Below, one piece after another: positions 26,533 to 35,042 of a stretch of DNA of 50,188 nucleotides (position 1 is its first letter; the number at the start of each line of letters is the position of its first letter). This DNA comes from an uncultured Methanosarcinales archaeon (lineage in GTDB: Archaea; Nanobdellota; Nanobdellia; Woesearchaeales; CAYXTQ01), in the NCBI GenBank assembly GCA_964608065.1, contig CAZSMA010000001.1, positions 16,572 to 66,759 on the forward strand. The letters are read 5' to 3'. The translations under genes and the position numbers were made by a program. Under the pieces are notes generated by a model that was not told the origin of the DNA, ran no database searches, and worked only from the letters and a program-made list of their open reading frames with translations.

Positions 26533-27855
26533 ATGATTGAAATAATAACTGTAGGCGGCTATAACGAAGTAGGAAAAAACTGCACAGCTATTAAAATTGA
26601 TGACCAAGTCATATTAATGGATCTTGGATTGCATCTTGATGCTTATATCTCATATACAGAAGATGAAGACTTATTTGCTATTAATCCTGATGAATTGATT
26701 AAAGTCGGAGCTGTCCCTGATATTTCTGTTCTAAAAGACTGGAAATCAAAAGTCAAAGCTATTGTCCCAACCCATGCTCATCTGGACCATGTGGGTGCTA
26801 TCCCTTATTTAGCTCATAACTTCAATGCTCCTGTCATATGCACTCCTTTTACTGCAGCTGTACTAAAAACAATAGTAAAAGACGAAGAACTAAATCTAAA
26901 AAACCCAATAAAAATACTAAATGTAAATTCATCCTACAAATTATCTGATGGTATAAAAATAGAGTTCATCAACATGACCCACTCTACACCTCAGACAGTT
27001 ATGGTTGCTCTGCACACAAAATATGGAGTTATAATATATGCAAATGATTTTAAATTTGACAATTTCCCTGTTCTTGGAAAAAAACCTAATTTAGAAAGAT
27101 TAAAGCAGCTAAAAGGAAAAGTTATTGCCTTATTTTGTGACTCAACTTATGCTGCATCTCACAAAAAAACACCATCTGAGTCTGTAGCAAAACAAATGCT
27201 AAAAGATGTTTTATTGAGTACACACAGCAAAGGCAAAGCAATCATTGTTACAACCTTTTCCTCTCACTTAGCAAGACTCTCGTCAATTGTAAAATATGGC
27301 AGGATCCTTAACAGAAAAATAGTGTTTCTTGGAAGATCACTTGCAAAATATGTTGCTGCTGGCGAAGAATGCGGAATTATAAATTTCTCTAAATATGTAG
27401 AGATAGTAAAATACGGCAGCAAGATAAAAAAAAGGCTAAAAGAATTAGACAAAAAAAGAAAAAAATATTTGTTAGTTGTAACAGGCCATCAGGGAGAGAG
27501 AAAAGCAACTTTATCTAAAATAGCCAGAAGAGTGTTTCCATTCCATCTCAAGCCTGAAGACCATATAATATTCTCATGCACAGTTATTCCTTCTGAAATA
27601 AACATCAAACACAGAGAAATCTTAGAAGACCAATTAAAAAAACATCATGTCAGAATATTCAAAGACATCCATGTATCAGGCCATGCTGCAAGAGAGGACC
27701 TAAGAGATCTTATAAACTTAGTAAAACCCAAACACATAATCCCAGCACACGGAAACATTAAAATGAGATCTGCATTAGCTGATTTAGCATATGAGATGGG
27801 TTATGATAAAAGCAAGGTCCATATTGTTTCTGACGGTAAAAGAATTAAGTTATAA
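26533..27855 (+). CDS. rnj: Archaeal RNase J (beta-CASP metallo-beta-lactamase)
   Basis: GGYNEVGKNC, HAHLDHVGAIPYL, beta-CASP motifs and HVSGHA. TATTTAAA box ends 22 nt upstream of the ATG. Confidence 0.85.
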   Translation: MIEIITVGGYNEVGKNCTAIKIDDQVILMDLGLHLDAYISYTEDEDLFAINPDELIKVGAVPDISVLKDWKSKVKAIVPTHAHLDHVGAIPYLAHNFNAPVICTPFTAAVLKTIVKDEELNLKNPIKILNVNSSYKLSDGIKIEFINMTHSTPQTVMVALHTKYGVIIYANDFKFDNFPVLGKKPNLERLKQLKGKVIALFCDSTYAASHKKTPSESVAKQMLKDVLLSTHSKGKAIIVTTFSSHLARLSSIVKYGRILNRKIVFLGRSLAKYVAAGEECGIINFSKYVEIVKYGSKIKKRLKELDKKRKKYLLVVTGHQGERKATLSKIARRVFPFHLKPEDHIIFSCTVIPSEINIKHREILEDQLKKHHVRIFKDIHVSGHAAREDLRDLINLVKPKHIIPAHGNIKMRSALADLAYEMGYDKSKVHIVSDGKRIKL

Positions 27856-27922
27856 AATGGAAACTTATAAATATAGGTAAATTATCTTAATATATATAAA
27901 CAGATAGTTTGGGGGTATTAAT

Positions 27923-28669
27923 ATGAAATTAAGTTTAGCTGAGCCAAAATACTTTAAAGATAGCATTACAATAATATCAGACCTAGTTAATGAGGCAAGA
28001 TTCAAGATAAATTCCAACGCTATGGAACTTGTAGCTATGGATCCTGCTAATGTAGCAATGGTCATATTCAGGATGTTAAGCAGTGCTTTTACCGAATATA
28101 GTGTAAAAAAAGAAGTTGATCTGGCAATTAGCTTGAGCAATCTAAAGCAAATCCTAAGAAGAGTTTCTCCTTCAGACATGCTAACACTTGAGTTAGACCC
28201 AGACAACAAACTAAAAGTACAGATAAAAGGGGCTTCAACAAGAACATTCTCTTTACCTATAATAGATATCGAAGAAAAAGATCAAAAAATACCAGACTTA
28301 AAATTCCCAGTAACAATAACTATGAATTCTTCTATGCTGAATGATGCAGTAGAAGATGTTGATATTGTAGCTGAATCTGTAACATTTGTAGCAGAACAAA
28401 AAAAGTTAATGATAAACGCTGAAGGAGATTTATCACAAGCCAGCATAGAAATTAAAGAAGGAGAAAACACAAAAATCCTAACAACAGGTTCAGACAAAGT
28501 AAAATCCAAATATTCAATTGAATACTTGAAAAAGATGATTGACGGATCAAAAATAGCAGATAAGGTAGTAATTAACTTTGACAAAGACTATCCTTTAAAG
28601 CTGGATTACAATGTAGTAGACAAACTGCAATTGTCATTTGTCTTAGCCCCAAGGGTTGAGAACGAATAA
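27923..28669 (+). CDS. pcn: DNA polymerase sliding clamp (PCNA)
   Basis: 248 aa. Typical archaeal PCNA N-terminus (F..ISDLVNEARFKI...ELVAMDPANVAMV). Confidence 0.92.
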   Translation: MKLSLAEPKYFKDSITIISDLVNEARFKINSNAMELVAMDPANVAMVIFRMLSSAFTEYSVKKEVDLAISLSNLKQILRRVSPSDMLTLELDPDNKLKVQIKGASTRTFSLPIIDIEEKDQKIPDLKFPVTITMNSSMLNDAVEDVDIVAESVTFVAEQKKLMINAEGDLSQASIEIKEGENTKILTTGSDKVKSKYSIEYLKKMIDGSKIADKVVINFDKDYPLKLDYNVVDKLQLSFVLAPRVENE

Positions 28670-28705
28670 TTTAAATATTCTTTTTTATTTATTCCTTCTA
28701 TTGCT

Positions 28706-29179
28706 ATGAAAGACTTAAATAAATTCCTAACAGAGTGGACTAAGATATACATCAAAAACAAGGATATAATAAATAAAAGTATAGAAAACATTAAAGAAGA
28801 AAAAAATACATTAATTGTAAAACACAAAGATAAAGAAGAATTTTACATTATAGAACCTTTCATAAAAGATATAGAAACAATACAAAACAAGTTAGATAAG
28901 GAAAAAACAATAACACTTGTAATTTTCAACTCTAAAGAAAACTTTGATATAATCATAAAGCACTGGAAAGGGTTTATTGATTTAAAAAATTTTAAGATTT
29001 GTTTTTGTAATCCTTTCTCAGAAACAGACAAAAAATGGATAATAAGCCCGTATATGCACCATAAAATCTCCGATGAATCTTCATTAAAGTTAGGATTAAA
29101 AAGCATGTTTGATAGTGTCGCAAATATTAATGAAAATTCAGCTAAACAGGAAATTCAAAACCAAAAAGAATTTATATAA
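28706..29179 (+). CDS. Hypothetical protein
   Basis: 157-aa ORF with native composition, directly downstream of PCNA. No recognisable motif. Confidence 0.55.
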   Translation: MKDLNKFLTEWTKIYIKNKDIINKSIENIKEEKNTLIVKHKDKEEFYIIEPFIKDIETIQNKLDKEKTITLVIFNSKENFDIIIKHWKGFIDLKNFKICFCNPFSETDKKWIISPYMHHKISDESSLKLGLKSMFDSVANINENSAKQEIQNQKEFI

Positions 29180-29200
29180 GGCTTATTCAGATATTTGAAG

Positions 29201-29731
29201 ATGGCGACACAAGAAGAACTAGTAGAATACATAGAAAAAGGCTTAAGCCAGGGTTTTAACATAGATTATATAAGAGAAACTCTAGTTCAGCACGGCCATG
29301 ACGCAAACAGAGTCAATGAATCTATAAAAATAGTCAGAGACATAAAACACCCTCCAAAAGTAGAAAAACATCTTGAAAGATTAAAGCCAAAAACAAAAAC
29401 AAAGAAGATCTATTTTGCTATAACAGCACTTCTTGTGATAATCATCATAATTCTTGCTGCATCTAATATAAACAACAGTATGTCTGAAAAAGAGATTGAG
29501 TCTACTTTAGAAGAAGTCAGCAGATTAAGCTCAATTATTGATGAAAAACAAAACATAATTGACAAAAAAATAAAAGAAATAGAAGATATAGACACAAATA
29601 CTGATGACAAAGAAGGATTAATACAACAACAATTAGAGGACCTAAAAGAACTGAATGAATACATAAAAAAAGAAAGAGTAAAGACACGTGATTTACTGCT
29701 TGAATTAATGGATTTTATACTCAAGAAATAA
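29201..29731 (+). CDS. Hypothetical single-pass membrane protein with coiled-coil
   Basis: N-terminal EELVEYIEKGLSQGFNIDYIRETLVQHGHD module. TM IYFAITALLVIIIIILAAS. Coiled-coil C-terminus. Confidence 0.6.
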   Translation: MATQEELVEYIEKGLSQGFNIDYIRETLVQHGHDANRVNESIKIVRDIKHPPKVEKHLERLKPKTKTKKIYFAITALLVIIIIILAASNINNSMSEKEIESTLEEVSRLSSIIDEKQNIIDKKIKEIEDIDTNTDDKEGLIQQQLEDLKELNEYIKKERVKTRDLLLELMDFILKK

Positions 29732-29829
29732 AGACAAAACAAAGCATTTGGGACCTACTTAAACAACAGGACTTTGTCCAAATTTATTTCGGTTCCCACG
29801 CTTTTTGATTGCTCAAAATTGGTTTATAC

Positions 29830-29853
29830 TATCACACACCATAGTGTGTGATA
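29830..29853. repeat. Perfect 10-bp inverted repeat with (CA)n/(GT)n arms
   Basis: TATCACACAC-cata-GTGTGTGATA, in a 148-nt convergent intergenic region. Confidence 0.9.
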
Positions 29854-29879
29854 TCCAGTTTTGGGGCTGCAAAGAATTA

Positions 29880-30707
29880 TTACTTTTTTCTGTTCCTAAG
29901 ATAATAAACACTTCTTTTTATCAAAGGAAATGGATTCTTAAGAGGATATTTAATTGTCCCCGCATGTAGTATTGCTTTATTAATCAACATAAGTTCTTTT
30001 CCAATAACAAAATTCTTGTGATTTAATATTGATTCCAGAAAATTATTTACATCTTGTTTTTCTTTTGTGTATGTTAAGATTCTTCCTAATTCAGTTAGTG
30101 AATGACCATCACTACCTGCTGTGATTGCCTTGTTATTCTTCTGTGCAAATTCTAATGCCATAAGATTCCTTTTTCTTAAGTTACTTCCTATCATAACTTC
30201 CATAGCATGTACTTTATCTATTGTTTCTTGAGTTACATACCCTCTATGAACTGATTTGCAAAGACCAGCTGTTCCTGGGATAAAAGGATGTGCTGCGCTC
30301 ACTATACAACTAAAATTTTGGGCGTCATCTAATATTTTATTAATACCTGTTTTCAAGTAAACTGTTCTACCCTTATAAGGTTCTATATGTTTTTTATAAA
30401 ACTCTTCTAAATCTTTAATACTAAAAAAATAAAACAACATATGAATTCCTTCATAAGTAGTTGTTTCTATCCCTGGAATAAGCATAATATCTTTGTTTTC
30501 TGATGCCTTAATACAACCTTTAATCTCATTATGGTCTGTTATTGAAACCCCTATACCTAAACGCCTTATTTTTTTTATTACTGTTTTTATTCTACTTATA
30601 CCATCAGAATAGTGGGTATGAAAGTGCATATCTACTAATGTACTTTTTTTTTTTCCTAATTCTTCTATGTCTGGCTTTTTAAAGCAAACTCTAGCTTGTG
30701 TTAACAT
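29880..30707 (-). CDS. PHP-family metal-dependent phosphoesterase (COG0613/TrpH-like)
   Basis: VDMHFHTHYSDG...SITDHN...AAHP...GSDGH. Start set at the ATG (MLTQARV). ATTTAAAC TATA lies 25-32 nt upstream. Confidence 0.8.
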   Translation of the reverse strand: MLTQARVCFKKPDIEELGKKKSTLVDMHFHTHYSDGISRIKTVIKKIRRLGIGVSITDHNEIKGCIKASENKDIMLIPGIETTTYEGIHMLFYFFSIKDLEEFYKKHIEPYKGRTVYLKTGINKILDDAQNFSCIVSAAHPFIPGTAGLCKSVHRGYVTQETIDKVHAMEVMIGSNLRKRNLMALEFAQKNNKAITAGSDGHSLTELGRILTYTKEKQDVNNFLESILNHKNFVIGKELMLINKAILHAGTIKYPLKNPFPLIKRSVYYLRNRKK

Positions 30708-30818
30708 TAAAAAAAAATAACAAAATAACAAGTTTAAATAATTATTGTTTTTTTATTTATTTATTTATTATGTTTAAATTCAAAAGTTATTTAAAGTAGA
30801 GATATAAAAATAAATTTC

Positions 30819-31589
30819 ATGGATAGGATATTATTTGAAAAACCAAACATAGCTCTTCTAAAAAAAGAAGGTTATGAATGTTTTGACATGCATGTGCATA
30901 GTGAACATTCTCCAGACTCTGACAGCAAAGTTATTGATATAATCAAAAGAGCTGAACAGCTTGGAATTAGTGTTGCTATCACAGACCATAATAAAATACA
31001 AGGTTCTTTAGAAGCTTACAAAATAAACAAAAAAATCATAATCCCAGGTATAGAAGCAAGGTCAAAAGAAGGATTAGATATTTTATTTTATTTTTATAAA
31101 ATAGACGAACTAAAAAATTTCTATGAAAATGTTATTAAACCAAACAAAAAAAGATTAGGGGGTTCAAAGTTATCTGCTATTGAATTAATTGAAAAATCAA
31201 AGCCTTATAACTCAATTTCATGCATTGCCCACCCCTATCGACCTTACCCAAAAAAAATAATTAATGCGACAATAAGGAACAAGAATACTAGATCAATATT
31301 TAATAAAATAAAAATTTTTGAAGTTATAAATAGCAAAAACTTTAGGATATTCAATAATCAAGCTATAAAGAATGATAAGAAAAAAAATAAAGGCATAATT
31401 GGAGGTAGTGATTCTCATAACATAAGAAAGATAGGAAGTACTGTAACCTGTACAAAAAATAAAAAAAATACTATAGCTCATGTTTTAGATGAAATTGCAT
31501 CAAATAATGTAATTGTAGTTGGTAAAGAAAGAAGTCCAATTTTTGATTTAATTGAATCAAGTATTGTAATGATAAAAAAAATCATATAA
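30819..31589 (+). CDS. PHP-family metal-dependent phosphoesterase, divergent paralog
   Basis: FDMHVHSEHSPDS...AITDHN...IAHP...GGSDSH. Confidence 0.8.
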   Translation: MDRILFEKPNIALLKKEGYECFDMHVHSEHSPDSDSKVIDIIKRAEQLGISVAITDHNKIQGSLEAYKINKKIIIPGIEARSKEGLDILFYFYKIDELKNFYENVIKPNKKRLGGSKLSAIELIEKSKPYNSISCIAHPYRPYPKKIINATIRNKNTRSIFNKIKIFEVINSKNFRIFNNQAIKNDKKKNKGIIGGSDSHNIRKIGSTVTCTKNKKNTIAHVLDEIASNNVIVVGKERSPIFDLIESSIVMIKKII

Positions 31590-31659
31590 CAATAATAAAA
31601 TTATTTAAAAAAAAAACATACAATAAGTTTTTAAATAATCGTTGTTTTTAAAACTAAAT

Positions 31660-32268
31660 ATGGAATTAATTATTATTTTAATTTTAGTGTTTATTTCATT
31701 AATAATTATTATTTTAATTTTTTATAAATTTATTTTTCTTAGGGATCCTAAAAGAAAGATTACAAAAGGGCAAAATATATTAGCTCCTGCTGATGGAAAA
31801 ATCATTGAGATTGTTGATATAAGTAAAAATGTTAACATTAAGGGAGAAGAAGTTAACATCAAAAAGTACTCTTCAGATACTTTAGAAGAAGGTTATTTTA
31901 TATCTATTTTTATGTCTTTGTTCAATGTACATGTTAATAGAGCACCAATTGATGGAAAAATAAATTTTGTTAAACACAGTAGTGGAACATTTGTTGGTGC
32001 TTATAGTCTAAAATCTTTAACTAATGAAAAGAATGAAATCATTATTAAGAACAAGAAAATAGGCAAGGTAAAGGTTATTCAGATAGCAGGATTTTTGGCA
32101 AGAAGAATTGAATGTTTTGTAAAGAAAAACCAATATGTTAATAAAGGGGAAAAAATAGGTTTAATAAAGTTAGGAAGTAATGTATCATTAATAATACCAC
32201 AAGTTAAGTTATTGGTTAAAAAAGGAGACAAAGTTAAAGCTGGTGTTAGTGTTATAGCAAAATGTTAA
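31660..32268 (+). CDS. psd: Archaeal-type phosphatidylserine decarboxylase proenzyme
   Basis: LAPADGKI, FNVHVNRAPIDGKI and the self-cleavage LGS site (IKLGSNVSL). Confidence 0.85.
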   Translation: MELIIILILVFISLIIIILIFYKFIFLRDPKRKITKGQNILAPADGKIIEIVDISKNVNIKGEEVNIKKYSSDTLEEGYFISIFMSLFNVHVNRAPIDGKINFVKHSSGTFVGAYSLKSLTNEKNEIIIKNKKIGKVKVIQIAGFLARRIECFVKKNQYVNKGEKIGLIKLGSNVSLIIPQVKLLVKKGDKVKAGVSVIAKC

Positions 32269-32771
32269 AAAAAAATTTAGCAAATTTTGTAACTTTATTG
32301 AATGCGGCATCTGGGTTTTTAGCAATTATCTCGTTATTTCTGAATCTTAATTTTCTCTTTTATTTATTTATATTTGGAGCAATGATATTTGATGGTTTAG
32401 ATGGATTTTTGGCAAGGAAACTTAAAATAACAACAAAAATAGGAATAGAGCTTGATTCTCTTGCTGATACTATTTCTTTTGTTTTAGCTCCAGCATTGTT
32501 TGTATTCATTAAATTCTTCAATAAAGACTTAATTGGTTTAATTCCATCTATATTGATAATTTTTTTCGGATTATATAGGCTTGCTGTTTTCAATATCTCT
32601 GAGAAAAAAGAGTATTATGTTGGACTCACAACCCCCGTCTTTACTTTCATAATCCTTATTATATCTTTTTTTAATATTCAAATAAACAAGTATGTTTTAT
32701 TAATCTTAATCATTTTATTATCTTACTTGATGGTTAGTAAAAGAATCAGACTACCTAAGCTAAAACTATAA
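32262..32771 (+). CDS. pssA: CDP-alcohol phosphatidyltransferase (archaetidylserine synthase-like)
   Basis: DGLDGFLARKLKITTKIGIELDSLAD matches D-G-x2-A-R-x8-G-x3-D-x3-D. Confidence 0.85.
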   Translation: MLKKNLANFVTLLNAASGFLAIISLFLNLNFLFYLFIFGAMIFDGLDGFLARKLKITTKIGIELDSLADTISFVLAPALFVFIKFFNKDLIGLIPSILIIFFGLYRLAVFNISEKKEYYVGLTTPVFTFIILIISFFNIQINKYVLLILIILLSYLMVSKRIRLPKLKL

Positions 32772-33451
32772 GTAATCTTTCCTTCCCTTTCTTTTTTTAT
32801 CAAATCCAGAATCTCTTTCTCATGCCCTGCTCCAACTATCGCTAAAACCTTCTTATCTTTATTTTTCTCTAATAAATTAAATAAATTATGAGCCATTATA
32901 TAGTTCCTTTGCTTTACCAAGATTTTATACACATTAGGATATCTATCTTTAACTTCTTTTATTAACTTCTTAATAACTCTCTCATCAGGAACTTTTGTTA
33001 AATCAAACTCTATTTTTCTCTCTTTTAAAATTACTGCTTTAAAAACATCCACAACAAAGTTAAGCTTTTCTCTCCAAGTTATAGCCTTAGAAAAATTTCT
33101 CAAAGTAACTTCAATATCCTGATCTATTAAAGCTAATTTTATTTTATTCTTTCTGGCTAACTTAACCGCTTCCAACATTTCAGAACCAGGACTTACTCCA
33201 ACTATCTGTCCAAGCTTTTTCTCTGCCCACGCCCCTAATAAAGAGAAAAAAAAGCCCTTTACTCCAACTCTAAATATATTGTAAATCGAAATCTTCTCTT
33301 TTTGTTTATGTAATAATGAATATAATCTTTTATTATCTAGCTCTAAAGCAATTATATCTGGCTTTTCTTTATTAATAGTGTTTCTAACTTCATCTATACT
33401 TTCTTTTGCTATATGAGAGCTGCCTATTAAAACTAAGTTTTTATACTCCAT
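32723..33451 (-). CDS. TraB/PrgY family protein
   Basis: LIGSSHIAKESIDEVRNTINKEKPDIIALELD ... VGAGH. Confidence 0.75.
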   Translation of the reverse strand: MEYKNLVLIGSSHIAKESIDEVRNTINKEKPDIIALELDNKRLYSLLHKQKEKISIYNIFRVGVKGFFFSLLGAWAEKKLGQIVGVSPGSEMLEAVKLARKNKIKLALIDQDIEVTLRNFSKAITWREKLNFVVDVFKAVILKERKIEFDLTKVPDERVIKKLIKEVKDRYPNVYKILVKQRNYIMAHNLFNLLEKNKDKKVLAIVGAGHEKEILDLIKKEREGKITYSFSLGSLILLLTIK

Positions 33452-33525
33452 TTTCCAATGGTAATAATAGCAAACTTTAAATACTTTAACATTTTAGGTT
33501 TACTTAAAATTAAAGGGTGATATTA

Positions 33526-33807
33526 ATGCTAAAGATGAAAAGAATAAGTGAAACTTATGATATGAAGGTGTTTACTGACACTGGTGAATATTTTGGAGAT
33601 GTTGAAGAAAGCATAGTTACAAAAAATAAAATATTTGGATGGAGAGTAAGAGCAACAAAAAGCTCATTCTTAACCAAAGTCCTTGGAAGCGCAAAAGGAG
33701 TTATTGTTCCACACCAACTAGTCAAAAGCATTGGAGATGTAATGATTATCAGCAAAGCAGCAGTCCCAAGTTATAGTCCTGAAGAAGACTCATCAGAAGC
33801 AGAGTAA
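33526..33807 (+). CDS. PRC-barrel domain protein
   Basis: MKVFTDTGEYFGDVEESIV...VIVPHQLVKSIGDVMII. AAGGGTGAT SD lies 5 nt before the ATG at 33526. Confidence 0.7.
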   Translation: MLKMKRISETYDMKVFTDTGEYFGDVEESIVTKNKIFGWRVRATKSSFLTKVLGSAKGVIVPHQLVKSIGDVMIISKAAVPSYSPEEDSSEAE

Positions 33808-33809
33808 TT

Positions 33810-33851
33810 CCAACGTAGTTGGTACCGAAAATCCATTTTTAGATTTTCAAG
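33810..33851 (+). repeat. Two-hairpin intergenic element, copy D
   Basis: CCAACGTAGTTGGTACCGAAAATC-cattttta-GATTTTCAAG. Starts 2 nt after the TAA stop. Confidence 0.8.
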
Positions 33852-33859
33852 TTTTTTTT
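33852..33859 (+). terminator. T8 tract following copy D
   Basis: Hairpin followed by TTTTTTTT, which is an archaeal oligo-T termination signal. Confidence 0.5.
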
Positions 33860-33934
33860 ATTTTCTTTCTTTGTCCCTCTTACATTATTAAAACCAAAAT
33901 ACTTAAATACTTCTATAATTATGATTAATCTAAA

Positions 33935-34717
33935 ATGCCTATGTACGGTTGGTCTGATTTAATAGATAAAACAAAAAGATACTTTAAGTTTACAAAGGAA
34001 GATTCTAAGGCTTTAATAATTTCTACGCTTATTCTGGCTTTTATTGTTTCTTTCAAAGAATGGGGCACAGGTTCTGAATTCAGCTTTGTAATAGGCATAA
34101 AAAATTGGATTATTGCTATATTCATGGTAGGAATAGCTTTATTTGTGCATAACGCTGGACAGAAAATAATGGGGTTGCATCTTGGTTTTAAGGTTGAATA
34201 CAGGATTTGGTGGTATGGTCTGTTAATTGGATTAATAGTTGTTTTTGTTTCTCGCGGAAGTCTATGGATTTTAGCTCCAGGAGGAATCTTTTTGCACCAC
34301 ATGGCTCAGCACAGATTAGGGTTCTTCAGGTATGGAACAAACCTAAGCAGTGTTGGAAATATTGCTTTTATGGGTGCGTTAGCGAATATTCTACTTGCTA
34401 CAATTCTGAAATTTTTACAGGTAAACTTGCATTTAATCTCATTAGATAATGTTTTTTTCAACAAATTATTCTTAATAAACTGGGCAATAGCAGCTTACAG
34501 CCTTATCCCTATTCCACCATTAGACGGTTCAAGGGTCTTCTTTGCATCTAGACTAACATTAATGTTTTTATTTGGCTGCATAGGTGGATATGTCATGTTA
34601 ATATTGTTATTCGGCATATACTCTTTTATATGGGCTTTGATTATTGGTGTATTAGTATGGTTTATTTACTTAATAACAGTTGAAAGAAAAGCATGGCCTG
34701 CTGGGCCTTCTGGATAA
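33935..34717 (+). CDS. M50 (site-2 protease)-like membrane protein lacking the HExxH motif
   Basis: Polytopic. NWAIAAYSLIPIPPLDGSRVF (NxxPxxxLDG) is retained, but the HExxH position reads HNAGQ (34148-34162). Confidence 0.65.
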   Translation: MPMYGWSDLIDKTKRYFKFTKEDSKALIISTLILAFIVSFKEWGTGSEFSFVIGIKNWIIAIFMVGIALFVHNAGQKIMGLHLGFKVEYRIWWYGLLIGLIVVFVSRGSLWILAPGGIFLHHMAQHRLGFFRYGTNLSSVGNIAFMGALANILLATILKFLQVNLHLISLDNVFFNKLFLINWAIAAYSLIPIPPLDGSRVFFASRLTLMFLFGCIGGYVMLILLFGIYSFIWALIIGVLVWFIYLITVERKAWPAGPSG

Positions 34718-34718
34718 A

Positions 34719-35042
34719 ATGGTAAGATTTTGGGAAGATTGGGCTGAAATAATTGGTTTTTTTCTATTAGTTATAGGTTTCTTTCTTGCAACACTTGCAG
34801 GAAGTGCTGTTATAAGCTATGTTGTAGTAACCTTATCTGGTATGATGGGTGGCAGGGTGTGGTACAGGATCAGGGAAAACATGAAAACACCATGGATAAT
34901 CATCTTGTTTGGATTCTTAGTCGGATTTGTCTTAGGAAGCTTTTATGGAAATAAAAAAATTATAATCTTGTTATACTTAGTTGGAATCGCAATGAGTTAT
35001 TATCTTCATTTAGAAGGTTATGTCAAGAGTTTAGAGTATTAA
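34719..35042 (+). CDS. Small membrane protein (3 TM)
   Basis: The ATG at 34719 lies 1 nt after the previous stop. Hydrophobic segments IIGFFLLVIGFFLATLAGS and IIILFGFLVGFVLGSF. Confidence 0.55.
   Translation: MVRFWEDWAEIIGFFLLVIGFFLATLAGSAVISYVVVTLSGMMGGRVWYRIRENMKTPWIIILFGFLVGFVLGSFYGNKKIIILLYLVGIAMSYYLHLEGYVKSLEY

Noticed and set aside
29135-29179. C-terminal QEIQNQKEFI of the gene downstream of PCNA as a PIP box
   Set aside because: It does not fit Q-x-x-(I/L/M)-x-x-(F/Y)-(F/Y) in any register. Adjacency to pcn alone is not evidence.
32723-32771. 49-nt convergent overlap of the TraB-family and pssA ORFs as a sign of frameshift or mis-assembly
   Set aside because: Both reading frames keep native composition to their stops, and both proteins are of normal length. 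Convergent 3' overlaps are common in compact genomes.
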